Assembly (NCBI GenBank): GCA_045614325.1
Contig: JAZLCU010000026.1
Span: 293 to 64,292, forward strand
From: Faecousia sp.
GTDB lineage: Bacteria > Bacillota > Clostridia > Oscillospirales > Oscillospiraceae
Direction: 5' to 3'
Length of the DNA: 64,000 nt
In this document: positions 31,359 to 40,824 of the stretch, in pieces
Layout: every line of letters begins with the position of its first letter
How positions within the stretch are numbered: the first letter of the stretch is position 1
Made by a program: the position numbers and the translations under genes
The notes under the pieces: model-generated
What the model was told of the DNA's origin: nothing
What the model saw: only the letters and a program-made list of their open reading frames with translations
Database searches by the model: none

Positions 31359-32882
31359 TTACATAAAGTTGATGATCTGCTGATCGTCTGCATCCAAGAT
31401 CCGCTTCATAGCCAGTTTATGCTGGATGCGGTTATGGATAATGGCGCGGAAGCCTAAGAACTGAATGGTGATCAGCGGCGCCATCGCAACCATTGCCACA
31501 ACGCCGAAGGCATCCCGCAGAACAGCACCTTCACCGTGCAGACCAATGCAAGCGCCGATGGCAAAGGGCAGGATAAAGCCGGAGGTCATGGGGCCGCTGG
31601 CCACACCGCCGGAGTCAAAGGCAATTGCCGTATACACAGGCGGCACAAACAAAGATAGCGCAAGGGAAATAAAATAGCCGGGGACAATGTAGTAGGCAAG
31701 TGAAAAGTCGAAGATGATTCGCACCAGCGACAGGGCGATGGCGCCACCCACACCGATGCACAGGCCTGTGAGCATCGCTTTTTTGGTGATATAGCCGCCG
31801 GTGACTTCCTCCACCTGTTGGTTCAATACATGGATTGCAGGCTCTGCCAAAACCACCAAAATGCCCATCACAAGGCCAAGACCCACGATCAAGGCGCGGT
31901 TCATTCCGGCCAGCGCAACGCCCAGCTTATAGCCGATGGGCATAAAGCCCACATTGACACCGGTCAAAAACAACACAAGACCAACAAAGGTCAGGATAAC
32001 GCCCATACCGATACGGACTAGCTGTCGCTTGGGCAGCTTTAAGAAGATGATCTGGCACACAAAGAAGAACAAAACGATCATTCCCAGCGCCAAGCCAACC
32101 TCCTTACAGGTATGGATGGCGGTGTGCAAAAATGCGCCCAAAACATCGTTATCAACCGCAAAATTCGGCACGGTATATGTAAGCTCCGAACGGGAGAAGG
32201 CACCCAGCAGCAGAACCGCCAGAATAGGACCTACGGAACATAGGGCCACCATGCCGAAGCTGTTCTGCTGGGAATGGCGGTCGCCCAAAACGCCGGAAAT
32301 ACCCACGCACAGAGCCATAATAAACGGCACGGTGATAGGACCGGTGGTCACACCGCCGGAGTCAAAAGCCATCGGCATCAGAGCCAGATTGCCATTTGCA
32401 GACATCAGCAGCGCCACGGCGAACATCAGCATATAAAACAGCATCAGGATCATAGCCAGCCGACGCTGAAATACGATACGCAAAATAGATACGATCAGGA
32501 AAAGGCCTACGCCCACACCCACCGTAACGACCAGCGCCGTGCCATTCATCACGGACGCCACCTGCTTTGCCAGCACCTGCAGATCCGGCTCTGCAATGGT
32601 GATCAAAAGACCCATTACAAAGCACACGATCAAAAGCAAGCTCAGCTTCTTTTGCCGGGAAAGGCCAGCGCCCACATGGGTTCCCATAGGGATCATCGCA
32701 AGATCCGCGCCCATATTAAACAGGCCGATGCCAACGATCAACAGCACCGCACCTACGGTAAAACTGATTAATTCCGCCTGCGAAAACGAAAACCACGGCA
32801 GCAACGAAACCAAGTATACAATTATGGTAATCGGCAGAGCCGAACGAAGGGCTTCCCAAATTTTATCACGAAGCTGTATCAC
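31359..32882 (-). CDS. DUF1538 duplicated-domain membrane protein
   Basis: Two internal repeats with AEP and AFDSGGV(T/A)(T/S)GP motifs. Confidence 0.85.
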   Translation of the reverse strand: MIQLRDKIWEALRSALPITIIVYLVSLLPWFSFSQAELISFTVGAVLLIVGIGLFNMGADLAMIPMGTHVGAGLSRQKKLSLLLIVCFVMGLLITIAEPDLQVLAKQVASVMNGTALVVTVGVGVGLFLIVSILRIVFQRRLAMILMLFYMLMFAVALLMSANGNLALMPMAFDSGGVTTGPITVPFIMALCVGISGVLGDRHSQQNSFGMVALCSVGPILAVLLLGAFSRSELTYTVPNFAVDNDVLGAFLHTAIHTCKEVGLALGMIVLFFFVCQIIFLKLPKRQLVRIGMGVILTFVGLVLFLTGVNVGFMPIGYKLGVALAGMNRALIVGLGLVMGILVVLAEPAIHVLNQQVEEVTGGYITKKAMLTGLCIGVGGAIALSLVRIIFDFSLAYYIVPGYFISLALSLFVPPVYTAIAFDSGGVASGPMTSGFILPFAIGACIGLHGEGAVLRDAFGVVAMVAMAPLITIQFLGFRAIIHNRIQHKLAMKRILDADDQQIINFM

Positions 32883-33044
32883 GAAAGTATCACCTCACAT
32901 ACGCTGTTATTATACCATAAGGCAGTGAAAAATCCAACCCAAAACTTTACATTTCTCTTAATAAAGTATGTCCTTATTATAAAAATATTGCCATCTGCCC
33001 GGGAATATGGTATGATGACAAAAACAAAAAGGAGGCGACAGAAT

Positions 33045-33686
33045 ATGATCAAAAAAGCAATCTTTTTTGACTTAGACGGCACGCTCACCGATTCCGGTGA
33101 GGGTATCATCAACTGCGCAAGCTTGGCCTTGGAGCACTTCGGCATCCCCGTTCCTTCCAGAGAGGAAATGGGCGTTTTCGTCGGCCCTCCCTTGGATAAG
33201 ACCTTTATTCAGTTCGGTGTACCGGAGGACAGAGTGCAGGAGGCTATCGATGTTTTCCGCAGCCGCTACCTTGTCACCGGCAAATGGGAAAACGCTCCCT
33301 ACCCCGGCATCCACGATTTGCTTGACACCTTGAAACAGCAAGGTCATCGGCTGTTTGTTGCCACCTCCAAACCGGAAGTTACCGCGCTGGAAGTGCTTGC
33401 CAAATTTGAGTTGACCGATTATTTTGAAATGATTTGCGGCGCTACCTTGGACGGCACACGGGTACACAAGGCCGATGTGATCACCTATTTGCTGGATAAA
33501 ATCGGCTCGATGCAGGACATCGTTATGGTAGGTGACACGGAATTTGATGTGATCGGCGCAGCCTCCCACGGCATTCCCACCATCGGTGTTTCCTGGGGCT
33601 ACGGCAAGGTCGAGGCTATGGTGGAAGCCGGCGCGATCGCCATCGCCCACACGATGGATGAGCTGCTTGCCATTATCAATCAATAA
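33045..33686 (+). CDS. HAD-family hydrolase
   Basis: FDLDGTLTDS, ATSK, MVGD..D, WGYG. Confidence 0.88.
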   Translation: MIKKAIFFDLDGTLTDSGEGIINCASLALEHFGIPVPSREEMGVFVGPPLDKTFIQFGVPEDRVQEAIDVFRSRYLVTGKWENAPYPGIHDLLDTLKQQGHRLFVATSKPEVTALEVLAKFELTDYFEMICGATLDGTRVHKADVITYLLDKIGSMQDIVMVGDTEFDVIGAASHGIPTIGVSWGYGKVEAMVEAGAIAIAHTMDELLAIINQ

Positions 33687-33723
33687 AAAAAGCGAACCGA
33701 GCAACTCGGTTCGCTTTTTTGTT

Positions 33724-34089
33724 TCAGAACATATTGATGATCCACAGCAGCACGGGCAGCGCCAAGGACAGCACGCTGATCAGCCACGGATACAGGATCT
33801 TTTTTGAGCAGGCCATCAGCAGCAGGCAGATCACCGTTACCGTCAGCGGGCCCAAAACCGCAATGATCCGATCCACCATCCACTGATACTCGCCGGTGGC
33901 CAAAATGTTGATTCCCACAGACGGGGGCAGCATTGCCGCGTTTCGGATCGCAAGGCAGACCGCGCAGACAAAAACAGGGATCGCCAAAATCAAGCTGCGC
34001 AGCTGATAGGAGAATTTGCCGGTCATTTTCAGCACGGACCAAATATCCTTCAGCACCTGCTTAAAGCTTTTTTTCGTTTCTTTTTCCAT
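33724..34089 (-). CDS. Hypothetical membrane protein
   Basis: Three hydrophobic segments; GGAGG RBS; shared terminator at 33,684-33,720. Confidence 0.65.
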   Translation of the reverse strand: MEKETKKSFKQVLKDIWSVLKMTGKFSYQLRSLILAIPVFVCAVCLAIRNAAMLPPSVGINILATGEYQWMVDRIIAVLGPLTVTVICLLLMACSKKILYPWLISVLSLALPVLLWIINMF

Positions 34090-34302
34090 AAGCCACCTCC
34101 GGGCAGAACATTTCTTTGCATACTATTTTACCACGAACCCCTTGCAAGCGCAAGGGGGCTTTTCATTCGGGTCGGCATATCTGTTTTCCAAAAAGCATAT
34201 ATCTTTACTACCGCCAAACGGCATTTTTATAGTCCCGTTTATTGGACTGTTTTAAATTTATACTGTTGGTGTAAGAAAGATATTAACTAGGAGGTAACCA
34301 AA

Positions 34303-34467
34303 ATGAAAACTGCTACTTGCAAACCGAACAACCGCTTTGCCACGCACCCTGCCTACCCGAACGCCGCCACGCGCAATGAGATCCTGCACAAGGTTTTGGA
34401 TCTGCTGCTGGTGGCTGCCAGCGGCATGGGCATCGCCGCAATGCTTTTGTACCTCACGATCGCGTGA
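34303..34467 (+). CDS. 54-aa small membrane protein (below the ORF-track cutoff)
   Basis: AGGAGG RBS, MKTATCKPNN...VLDLLLVAASGMGIAAMLLYLTIA, host-like codon usage. Confidence 0.65.
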   Translation: MKTATCKPNNRFATHPAYPNAATRNEILHKVLDLLLVAASGMGIAAMLLYLTIA

Positions 34468-35235
34468 TCACTTTTTATTGTCCCGGTAAAGGGCGGCAAG
34501 GCCCTTGATGATCAGATCCTTGTCATAGATCATAGGTGTTTTGCACAGGGGCGCGATGAATTTTGCGATGCCGCCGGTGATGATCACCGTGGTTTTATAA
34601 CCCAATTCCGCTTCCATTCGCTCCACCATTCCGTCCAGCATACAGGCTGCGCCGATCATAATGCCGGAACGCATGGCATCCACGGTATTTCTGCCAATGG
34701 CGCGCTTAGGCTGATCCAGCTGCAGGCCGGGCAGCAGCGCGGTTTTTTCGGTCAGCGCGTCCATAGATAGCTTCACGCCGGGAATGATACAGCCACCGAT
34801 ATGGGCGCCGTTTTGATCCAAAACCGCCATTGTAGTGGCTGTTCCCATATCAATCACGATCAGAGGCGGCTTATGCTCACGCAGGGCAGCCACATCCGCC
34901 ACCACTAAGTCCGCGCCGGTCTGCGCAGGATTCTCCAGGCGGATATCCAGTCCCGTTTTGATGCCGGGGCCTACTACCAGCGCGTTTTTGCCGGTGAGCT
35001 TTTTGATGGCTGTCTGGAAGGAGTTCAGCACCTGAGGCACAACGGATGCAATAATGCAGCCCTCGATGTCCTCAGCGGAAATTTTATATACATCCAGAAG
35101 AATTTTCAAGTCGACGCAATATTGGTCTGAGGTTTTGGTGGCCTCGGTGCGAAGTCTTGCCTCGAAAACGATTTGATCGTCCTTCACGCCACCCAGCACG
35201 ATATTTGAGTTGCCGATATCAACGGTTAAGATCAT
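34468..35235 (-). CDS. coaX: Type III pantothenate kinase
   Basis: MILTVDIGNSN, GAD, DMGTATT, GG.I.PG, TGG. Confidence 0.92.
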   Translation of the reverse strand: MILTVDIGNSNIVLGGVKDDQIVFEARLRTEATKTSDQYCVDLKILLDVYKISAEDIEGCIIASVVPQVLNSFQTAIKKLTGKNALVVGPGIKTGLDIRLENPAQTGADLVVADVAALREHKPPLIVIDMGTATTMAVLDQNGAHIGGCIIPGVKLSMDALTEKTALLPGLQLDQPKRAIGRNTVDAMRSGIMIGAACMLDGMVERMEAELGYKTTVIITGGIAKFIAPLCKTPMIYDKDLIIKGLAALYRDNKK

Positions 35236-35729
35236 TGTAAGTCCTCCAATTCGGTTTGGGATATCAGGTAACAGGCCGTTACACTTTGGCCGTCTGTTTC
35301 CACTATGCCGGCTGAGCCGCCTGCGTGGCCTGCGCTGCCGGGATTTAAGACCCAGATGCCGTCCGCCTCTTGGTGGCAATCTGCCACATGGGTATGGCCG
35401 TACAGCACCACCTTGGCATCGTAGCGACGGGCTTCGCTGAGCAGACCGCCGATGCCGGATTTTACCTGCTGCTGGTGGCCGTGGGTCATAAAGGTCATCA
35501 CGCCACCCAAATTATAACACAGCATTGTCCTTGCGTGAATGGGTGCGCGGTACTTGTCACAATTGCCGGCTACTTGGTGCAGCCGAATGTGGGGGAACAA
35601 TTCTGCCAGCGCTTCTGCGTCGTCGTAGTAATCACCCAAATGCACTACAGCATCGGGCTTGAGCACCTCCACGCACTTGCGCATAAAACGCAGGCTTGCG
35701 TGAGAATCGGACAAAACAAGCACCTTCAT
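35232..35729 (-). CDS. YfcE-family metallophosphoesterase
   Basis: SDSH, HLGD, GNCD, THGH, GHTH, NPGS. Confidence 0.88.
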   Translation of the reverse strand: MKVLVLSDSHASLRFMRKCVEVLKPDAVVHLGDYYDDAEALAELFPHIRLHQVAGNCDKYRAPIHARTMLCYNLGGVMTFMTHGHQQQVKSGIGGLLSEARRYDAKVVLYGHTHVADCHQEADGIWVLNPGSAGHAGGSAGIVETDGQSVTACYLISQTELEDLQ

Positions 35730-35807
35730 CGTTCACCACTCACTTCCTTTGTGCATATAGTATCTGTAGGTATATTATAACAGGCTTTTGGACAGGAGGC
35801 AATCATC

Positions 35808-36035
35808 ATGCAGAAAAAATCTCAGGATTTTTCAATGGAGGACATTATGCGCGTGGCCCGAAGCCCTGTCGGGCAGCAGCTGCTGGCTATGCTGCAGCAA
35901 AGCGATAACAGCAAGCTGGAGCAGGCCGCGGCGCAGGCAAAGACCGGCAATTACGCTGAGGCCGGTGAGGTTTTGCGGTCGATGCTCTCCTCGTCGCAGG
36001 CACAAGCCCTATTGAAGGAATTGGGGGATAAATAA
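35808..36035 (+). CDS. Hypothetical protein
   Basis: AGGAGG RBS; first of three coupled small ORFs. Confidence 0.6.
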   Translation: MQKKSQDFSMEDIMRVARSPVGQQLLAMLQQSDNSKLEQAAAQAKTGNYAEAGEVLRSMLSSSQAQALLKELGDK

Positions 36036-36358
36036 TGGAAGATATGGAATCCAAATTGGGTGCCATTTTAAGCAATCCGCAGATGATGCAGCAAATTATG
36101 TCCATTGCACAGAATTTTCAGTCAGACCCGGAGCCGGCTCCGGCAAAAAATGAGCCTATGCCGGAAATCGATATGCATATGGTACAAAAGCTTACCTCAC
36201 TGATTGGCAAGACCGGTATCGATCCCCATCAAAAGGCGTTGCTCCACGCGCTGAATCCGTACCTGAACACCGGGCGGATCCAAAAGCTGGAAAAGGCTAT
36301 GCGAGCCGCGAAGCTGGCCAGTATGGCCACGGTGGTATTTGGCAATTTAGGCAGGTGA
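36035..36358 (+). CDS. Hypothetical protein
   Basis: TAATG stop/start overlap; LL.AL.PYL...R..KLEKA motif. Confidence 0.62.
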   Translation: MEDMESKLGAILSNPQMMQQIMSIAQNFQSDPEPAPAKNEPMPEIDMHMVQKLTSLIGKTGIDPHQKALLHALNPYLNTGRIQKLEKAMRAAKLASMATVVFGNLGR

Positions 36359-36362
36359 TTCC

Positions 36363-36662
36363 GTGTATAATCGCTATATTCCCCAGCAAGACGGCACCCA
36401 TAAGCGCAACCGGGTGGAGGAACCGCCCCAACCTGCTCCGAACCCCCAGCCGGTGGCATCAGAAGCGTCATATTCCTATGGAAATCCGGAACATCGGCCG
36501 CCACCGGCCATGAACATCGGCGGGTTTTTAAAAAATCTGATCCCCCGGGATTTCGACACCGGCGACCTGATCGTTGTGCTGCTTCTTCTGCTGATGGCCG
36601 GCGACAAGCCGGAGGACAAAAACACCGCGCTGCTGACGCTGGCGCTGTATTGCTTTTTATGA
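36363..36662 (+). CDS. Hypothetical Pro-rich protein with hydrophobic C-terminus
   Basis: MYNRYIP start, DTGDLIVVLLLLL motif. Confidence 0.6.
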   Translation: MYNRYIPQQDGTHKRNRVEEPPQPAPNPQPVASEASYSYGNPEHRPPPAMNIGGFLKNLIPRDFDTGDLIVVLLLLLMAGDKPEDKNTALLTLALYCFL

Positions 36663-36710
36663 TGCTCCTATATGCAAAAAGACGATTGCACACGCAATCG
36701 TCTTTTTATT

Positions 36711-37442
36711 TCAGGCGTACTTCTCCGCAAATTCGATGATGGGGGTGGGGTCTTCCAGACCGTGGGGGTGGTGAGCGCAGCCGGGTTTTCCGATGGTGAT
36801 GATGGTGCCGCCGTTTTCCCGGTAGTATTTCTCCAGCAAGGCACCGTTTTCCTCGTAAGGAACCACATCGTCAGCATCGCCGTAGACCAATATGATGGGG
36901 ATATTGTTCTGAAGAAGTAGGTGCATTTTGTCAATGGGGTGGTTTCTGTAGGAAAGCAGCTGGGACACATCCATCTTCGTCACGCTGATGAACTCGGGCA
37001 GCAGCACTTTCCGCACGATATCCCCTGCCTTGCCCAAGCCAGCCGGACAGGACAACAGGTTCATCACCGGCGCGTCCAAATAAAGAGCGGAGATCATATC
37101 CGGGTGCTTGGCTGCCAGCTCCACGGCGATCATACCGCCGCAGCTCATACCTACAGGGAAGCACTTTTCGCAAAGGCCGTAGGTTTCCTGCAGGTGCTTT
37201 GCAAAACGCTTTTTGATATCTAAATCCTCGGCAAAGTCCCAGCGGGATTTATTGCACAGGAAGGCAAGGTGCCAGCCTCGCGCCAGCATTTGCAATTCAA
37301 AGCCCTGAAACGCCTCGAAATATTCTGTTTTTAAGAGCCAGTTTTTCTTCTCATTGGGTTCGTTGGGAAAAACAAGAATTGCCGATTTTCCTTCAAAAGT
37401 AAAGTCAATGCGCTTATAGCCTTTCCAGATGGACTCCGTCAT
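36711..37442 (-). CDS. Alpha/beta hydrolase
   Basis: GMSCGG nucleophile elbow, GDAD.VV, HHPHG. Confidence 0.8.
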   Translation of the reverse strand: MTESIWKGYKRIDFTFEGKSAILVFPNEPNEKKNWLLKTEYFEAFQGFELQMLARGWHLAFLCNKSRWDFAEDLDIKKRFAKHLQETYGLCEKCFPVGMSCGGMIAVELAAKHPDMISALYLDAPVMNLLSCPAGLGKAGDIVRKVLLPEFISVTKMDVSQLLSYRNHPIDKMHLLLQNNIPIILVYGDADDVVPYEENGALLEKYYRENGGTIITIGKPGCAHHPHGLEDPTPIIEFAEKYA

Positions 37443-37589
37443 AAAAACGCCGCCTTTCGTGTCTGTTTTCTGCTATTTTACTGTAAAGAGGTTCGAAAAT
37501 CAATGTATAAATGTCGGTTTTCCTTCTCAAACGGAAGCAAAAAAGACCAACCGGGCAGGCTGGTCTTCTGTTTTTATGTAGGTGTCAGC

Positions 37590-38081
37590 TTATTCTGCTT
37601 GCTGGAGCACATAGGAAACTGCGCTTAAAACCTCGATCTTATCCAAGCTGCCACGGCAGTGCATTTTGCTCTCGCCGTCCTTGATCTCGCAAAGGGCATA
37701 AACGCCTTCCCGTCTCTCAACCAAGAAGTAGCGGACCGTGCCTGCAACGATGTCACAGGCAAAAACATACCGCACGGTACACATATTTTCGTCGTCGTTC
37801 TCCGGCAGCGTTACATAGAGAAACACCATGCTGTCATCGCCTTGTGCCATCATAGAAGACACGGTGAATTCATCGGCGGCAAACACGGGAACATCGTCAT
37901 CGCTAATGCCCATTTCCTTCGCCACAGTCATCACATATACGTTCAATAAGTGGGCGAGAAATTCGTCGCCGTTTTTATTGATCTGATTGACAAACGCCAT
38001 CATATCCTCACCCTCGAGATGATGGGGAATCAACTCGTGATCGAAAGAAAAACGAATGTCGGCAATTATTTTCTTATCCAT
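37590..38081 (-). CDS. Hypothetical protein
   Basis: AAGGAG RBS before MDKKII; terminator-like hairpin at 37,541-37,568. Confidence 0.6.
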   Translation of the reverse strand: MDKKIIADIRFSFDHELIPHHLEGEDMMAFVNQINKNGDEFLAHLLNVYVMTVAKEMGISDDDVPVFAADEFTVSSMMAQGDDSMVFLYVTLPENDDENMCTVRYVFACDIVAGTVRYFLVERREGVYALCEIKDGESKMHCRGSLDKIEVLSAVSYVLQQAE

Positions 38082-38216
38082 ACGATAACTCCTTTTCCTG
38101 CACAGCATCCTTCGTTATGCATCGAGATAATTTCAAGAATCGTCGTTTCTTGTGCTTTTATTGTAACATTTGCGGATTTATCTGTCAAATCATTTGAGAT
38201 TTTGCTCATTGTTTAA

Positions 38217-38232
38217 GAGGAGGACGGATTCG
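38217..38232 (-). repeat. tRNA-Tyr 3'-end fragment (att-like scar)
   Basis: gaggaggacggattcg is identical to 39,479-39,494 and one mismatch from the tRNA-Tyr T-arm/acceptor. Confidence 0.6.
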
Positions 38233-38361
38233 CTTTTGAAGCGGAAAAGCCACGGTGTTTCGACGCCCATACTTTAATAAAACAGCCAGCCAAAATCCCC
38301 ACACCTTGCGATGTGGGGATTTTCCTCAATTAGTCAACAAATATCCGTTCTGCAGTTCGAA

Positions 38362-38724
38362 TTAGTCTGTAACTTCGTAATCAATTTCAACATGCTTTGT
38401 TTCCCATTTTTGGTAGTTGATGGGCCACCACAAAGTAAATACACCAATGGTAATAATTCCTAGGAAAGTCCACAGGATATACTTGCCGAAAAGCTGGGCT
38501 CCAGTTCCTGTAAATTTCAATCTGTAGCCGTTAACAACAGTACTTGCATAAATCCAGCGCTTCTTAAAGCAATACATTGCCGGATAAGCAAAGCCCAGGG
38601 TGATTGCCGAAACCAATGCTGTCAGCAAATTGATGCCAATAAGTGCAATCAACTTGCCGTCGAAATAAGAAGGCTTCTTCTTAATTTCATCAATTGTCTT
38701 GACGCAGATCGCTTGATTTTCCAT
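38362..38724 (-). CDS. DUF898/YjgN-like small membrane protein
   Basis: ITLGFAYP, F.G.GAQLFGKYI.W..L.IITIG pattern; own TTGACA-N17-TACAAT promoter and downstream hairpin. Confidence 0.68.
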   Translation of the reverse strand: MENQAICVKTIDEIKKKPSYFDGKLIALIGINLLTALVSAITLGFAYPAMYCFKKRWIYASTVVNGYRLKFTGTGAQLFGKYILWTFLGIITIGVFTLWWPINYQKWETKHVEIDYEVTD

Positions 38725-38824
38725 AATATTTCTCCTCAGTTTAATTTCCTGACATAATGCAGGATATGTTAATTGTATAACACCTCTGATGGCTTGTCAA
38801 TCTTCTGCCCAATAATCTCTGGTG

Positions 38825-38922
38825 GCAGCAACACCCCACCGGGGTGTTGCACTGCTATGGGTTCGAATCCTACTCCCCTAAACCACAAAAAAGACACACC
38901 AAACGGTGTGTCTTCTTTGTGG
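38825..38922. repeat. 98-bp palindromic tRNA-linked repeat, copy 1
   Basis: 94/98 identical to 39,549-39,646. Confidence 0.85.
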
Positions 38923-38963
38923 CTGTTACGAACTATTATGATGCCGAAATATAATTAAAAAAC

Positions 38964-39341
38964 TTATAAATAATTTTTGATTAACGCTATAATTACAATA
39001 AATATGACACCACAAATAACAAAAGCGATTTTCCCACCAATTCCATTTCCAACTTTTTCGGGTTCAGTAAAACCTTCGATTTCTTTCATTTCCTTGACAG
39101 TAACGTGCTTTTTGCAATTTGGACATTCAAATTCTTTCCAAATAAATTTTATATTACCTATCAACCAAGTTTTATTTGGAGCAATTCCTAAACCAAAATC
39201 AAATTCTTTTGCTTCAGGCGCTTTCCAATTAACAACTTTTGAAACTTTGACGGTTTCAAGTTTTGTTTTACAATCGGGACAAAAATGTTCTTCTTTTAAA
39301 TATTTCACATCGTCATTGAAATATTTTACACCATGTATCAT
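38964..39341 (-). CDS. Hypothetical AT-rich protein with two CxxC pairs and a C-terminal TM helix
   Basis: CPDC..CPNC, hydrophobic tail. Confidence 0.62.
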   Translation of the reverse strand: MIHGVKYFNDDVKYLKEEHFCPDCKTKLETVKVSKVVNWKAPEAKEFDFGLGIAPNKTWLIGNIKFIWKEFECPNCKKHVTVKEMKEIEGFTEPEKVGNGIGGKIAFVICGVIFIVIIALIKNYL

Positions 39342-39473
39342 ATACTCACCGCCTTTGTGATAATTATAGCATAAAATGATAAATCAAACAAGATGTATTG
39401 TCATTTCGATGGTCTTTATCAAAAATCACCAACGCAAAACAAAAACACCACCCTATTGGGTGGCGTTTTTGTT

Positions 39474-39646
39474 TGGTGGAGGAGGACGGATTCGATTTGC
39501 ATTTTGCCTTTGGTAAAATTAAGGTACCCACCAGTGTTTGCACTAGTCGCAGCAACACCCCACCGGGGTGTTGCACTGCTATGGGTTCGAATCCTACTCC
39601 CCTAAACCACAAAAAAGACACACCATTTGGTGTGTCTTTTTTGTGG
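39474..39646. repeat. tRNA-3'-end-derived element (tRNA fragment, hairpins, inverted T-arm/acceptor mimic, terminator), includes repeat copy 2
   Basis: 39,474-39,495 is 21/22 identical to the tRNA-Tyr 3' end; 39,584-39,609 ggttcgaatcctactcccctaaacca is an inverted mimic. Confidence 0.8.
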
Positions 39647-39728
39647 TGGGGGAGGACGGATTCGAACCATCGAAGCGATACGCAGCAGATTTACAGTCTG
39701 TCCCCTTTGGCCACTCGGGAACTCCCCC
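39644..39728 (-). tRNA. tRNA-Tyr(GUA)
   Basis: Cloverleaf GGGGGAG..CTCCCCC-A-CCA, anticodon loop CT-GTA-AA, long variable arm. Confidence 0.96.
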
Positions 39729-39752
39729 ATATTCAATTCTCTACCGTCTGCT

Positions 39753-39828
39753 TGGAGCCGGTAGACGGACTCGAACCCCCGACCTGCTGATTACAAATCA
39801 GCTGCTCTACCAACTGAGCTATACCGGC
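39753..39828 (-). tRNA. tRNA-Thr(UGU), prophage integration target
   Basis: GCCGGTA..TACCGGC-T-CCA, anticodon TGT, 76 nt. Confidence 0.96.
39786..39828. repeat. att site, left (5' half of the intact tRNA-Thr)
   Basis: gctgattacaaatcagctgctctaccaactgagctataccggc, identical to 61,760-61,802. Confidence 0.95.
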
Positions 39829-39934
39829 AAAAAAGTTATTGATTTTCAAGGGGTTTTTGAATCGCACGCGCTGATTTTTGCCGCCTTAACCTACTTATTC
39901 GGTTACTTATGGTTTGCGCTCTTGACAGTTGGGA

Positions 39935-39963
39935 ATTATAGCAGAAGGGGCTTATTTTGTCAA
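39935..39963 (-). promoter_or_regulatory. Phage-borne consensus sigmaA promoter now facing tRNA-Thr/tRNA-Tyr
   Basis: Minus-strand TTGACA-N17-TATAAT. Confidence 0.82.
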
Positions 39964-39991
39964 TACCTTTTTACAAATATTCTAAAAATTT

Positions 39992-40684
39992 TTAGTCTAA
40001 CCCATAAAAGCCGCGCATTTCATCCAAGCGCTCTTCCTTTATGTTTTCCAGCTCTTCTTCTTTTGGTTTATATATATCTTTCCAGTTGTTTCTTATGCTA
40101 GCGTCTAGCATTTCTTTTTCTACTCTTATATTACCCTTAGAAAGGCGCTTAGCGCGCGCTACAAGGCGTTCTAAGCCCTTTTCGCTTAGTGGTGATTTAA
40201 TACTTTCTCTAATTTGTATATACTCTTTGTACAGCTCTATCAGTTCCAAATCTTTAGTGCTTAATAAATATAGTAATTTATTAAATAAGTTATTTAATGG
40301 ATTAGTATTTAATAGTTGCGTGTTTTCCGCTATGGGTTTTTCCTCATTCGCATTAGCCAATATAGGTTTTTCCGCTATTGGTTTTTCCCGTTGCGGTTGC
40401 TCATAAATATTATAGTTTATTCCGCTAAATTGCCCCTTTTCGTTTACTTCCCTTTCCCTTGTTAAATATCCAAATTTTTCTAACTCTGCTAATGCGCTCA
40501 TTACGCTGTCTTTACCATCTTTGGATAGGGTAACAAGCCCACTAACGCTGTAGTTCCAATCATCGGGCAAGCTTAACATTAACGATAAAAGCCCTTTTGC
40601 TTTAAGGCTCATTTTCTTTTCCCTAAAGTGGTGATTACTCATTACTGTAAAATTCTTGGTTTTATGTACTCTAACAATACCCAT
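39992..40684 (-). CDS. Phage HTH replication-initiator/replisome-organizer-like protein
   Basis: N-terminus RVHKTKNFTVMSN..LKAKGLLS.MLSLPDDW..ELEKFGYL; internal EKPIAE repeats. Confidence 0.72.
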   Translation of the reverse strand: MGIVRVHKTKNFTVMSNHHFREKKMSLKAKGLLSLMLSLPDDWNYSVSGLVTLSKDGKDSVMSALAELEKFGYLTREREVNEKGQFSGINYNIYEQPQREKPIAEKPILANANEEKPIAENTQLLNTNPLNNLFNKLLYLLSTKDLELIELYKEYIQIRESIKSPLSEKGLERLVARAKRLSKGNIRVEKEMLDASIRNNWKDIYKPKEEELENIKEERLDEMRGFYGLD

Positions 40685-40824
40685 TATTTTAACAACTCCC
40701 TTTTATTCAACAATACCACAGCACCGGCGGAAAATCCACTTGCGGTTTAACTGTTATTGGAATTGTAGTTAACTCTAGTAAGCAAAAATAAAAAGGGGTA
40801 GGTGTTACCCTACCCCATAAAAGT

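Noticed and set aside
38825-39646. Repeats as a CRISPR array or as additional tRNA genes
   Set aside because: Only two 98-bp copies 724 bp apart, no cas genes; the mimic has T-arm/acceptor-like sequence but no D or anticodon arm.
39364-40101. ORFs spanning the tRNA region
   Set aside because: Overlap the tRNA genes and repeats; spurious.
40685-40790. Possible suppressor tRNA or structured RNA (contains CTCTAG and an imperfect stem)
   Set aside because: No T-loop consensus or acceptor stem; the pairing is too weak to call.
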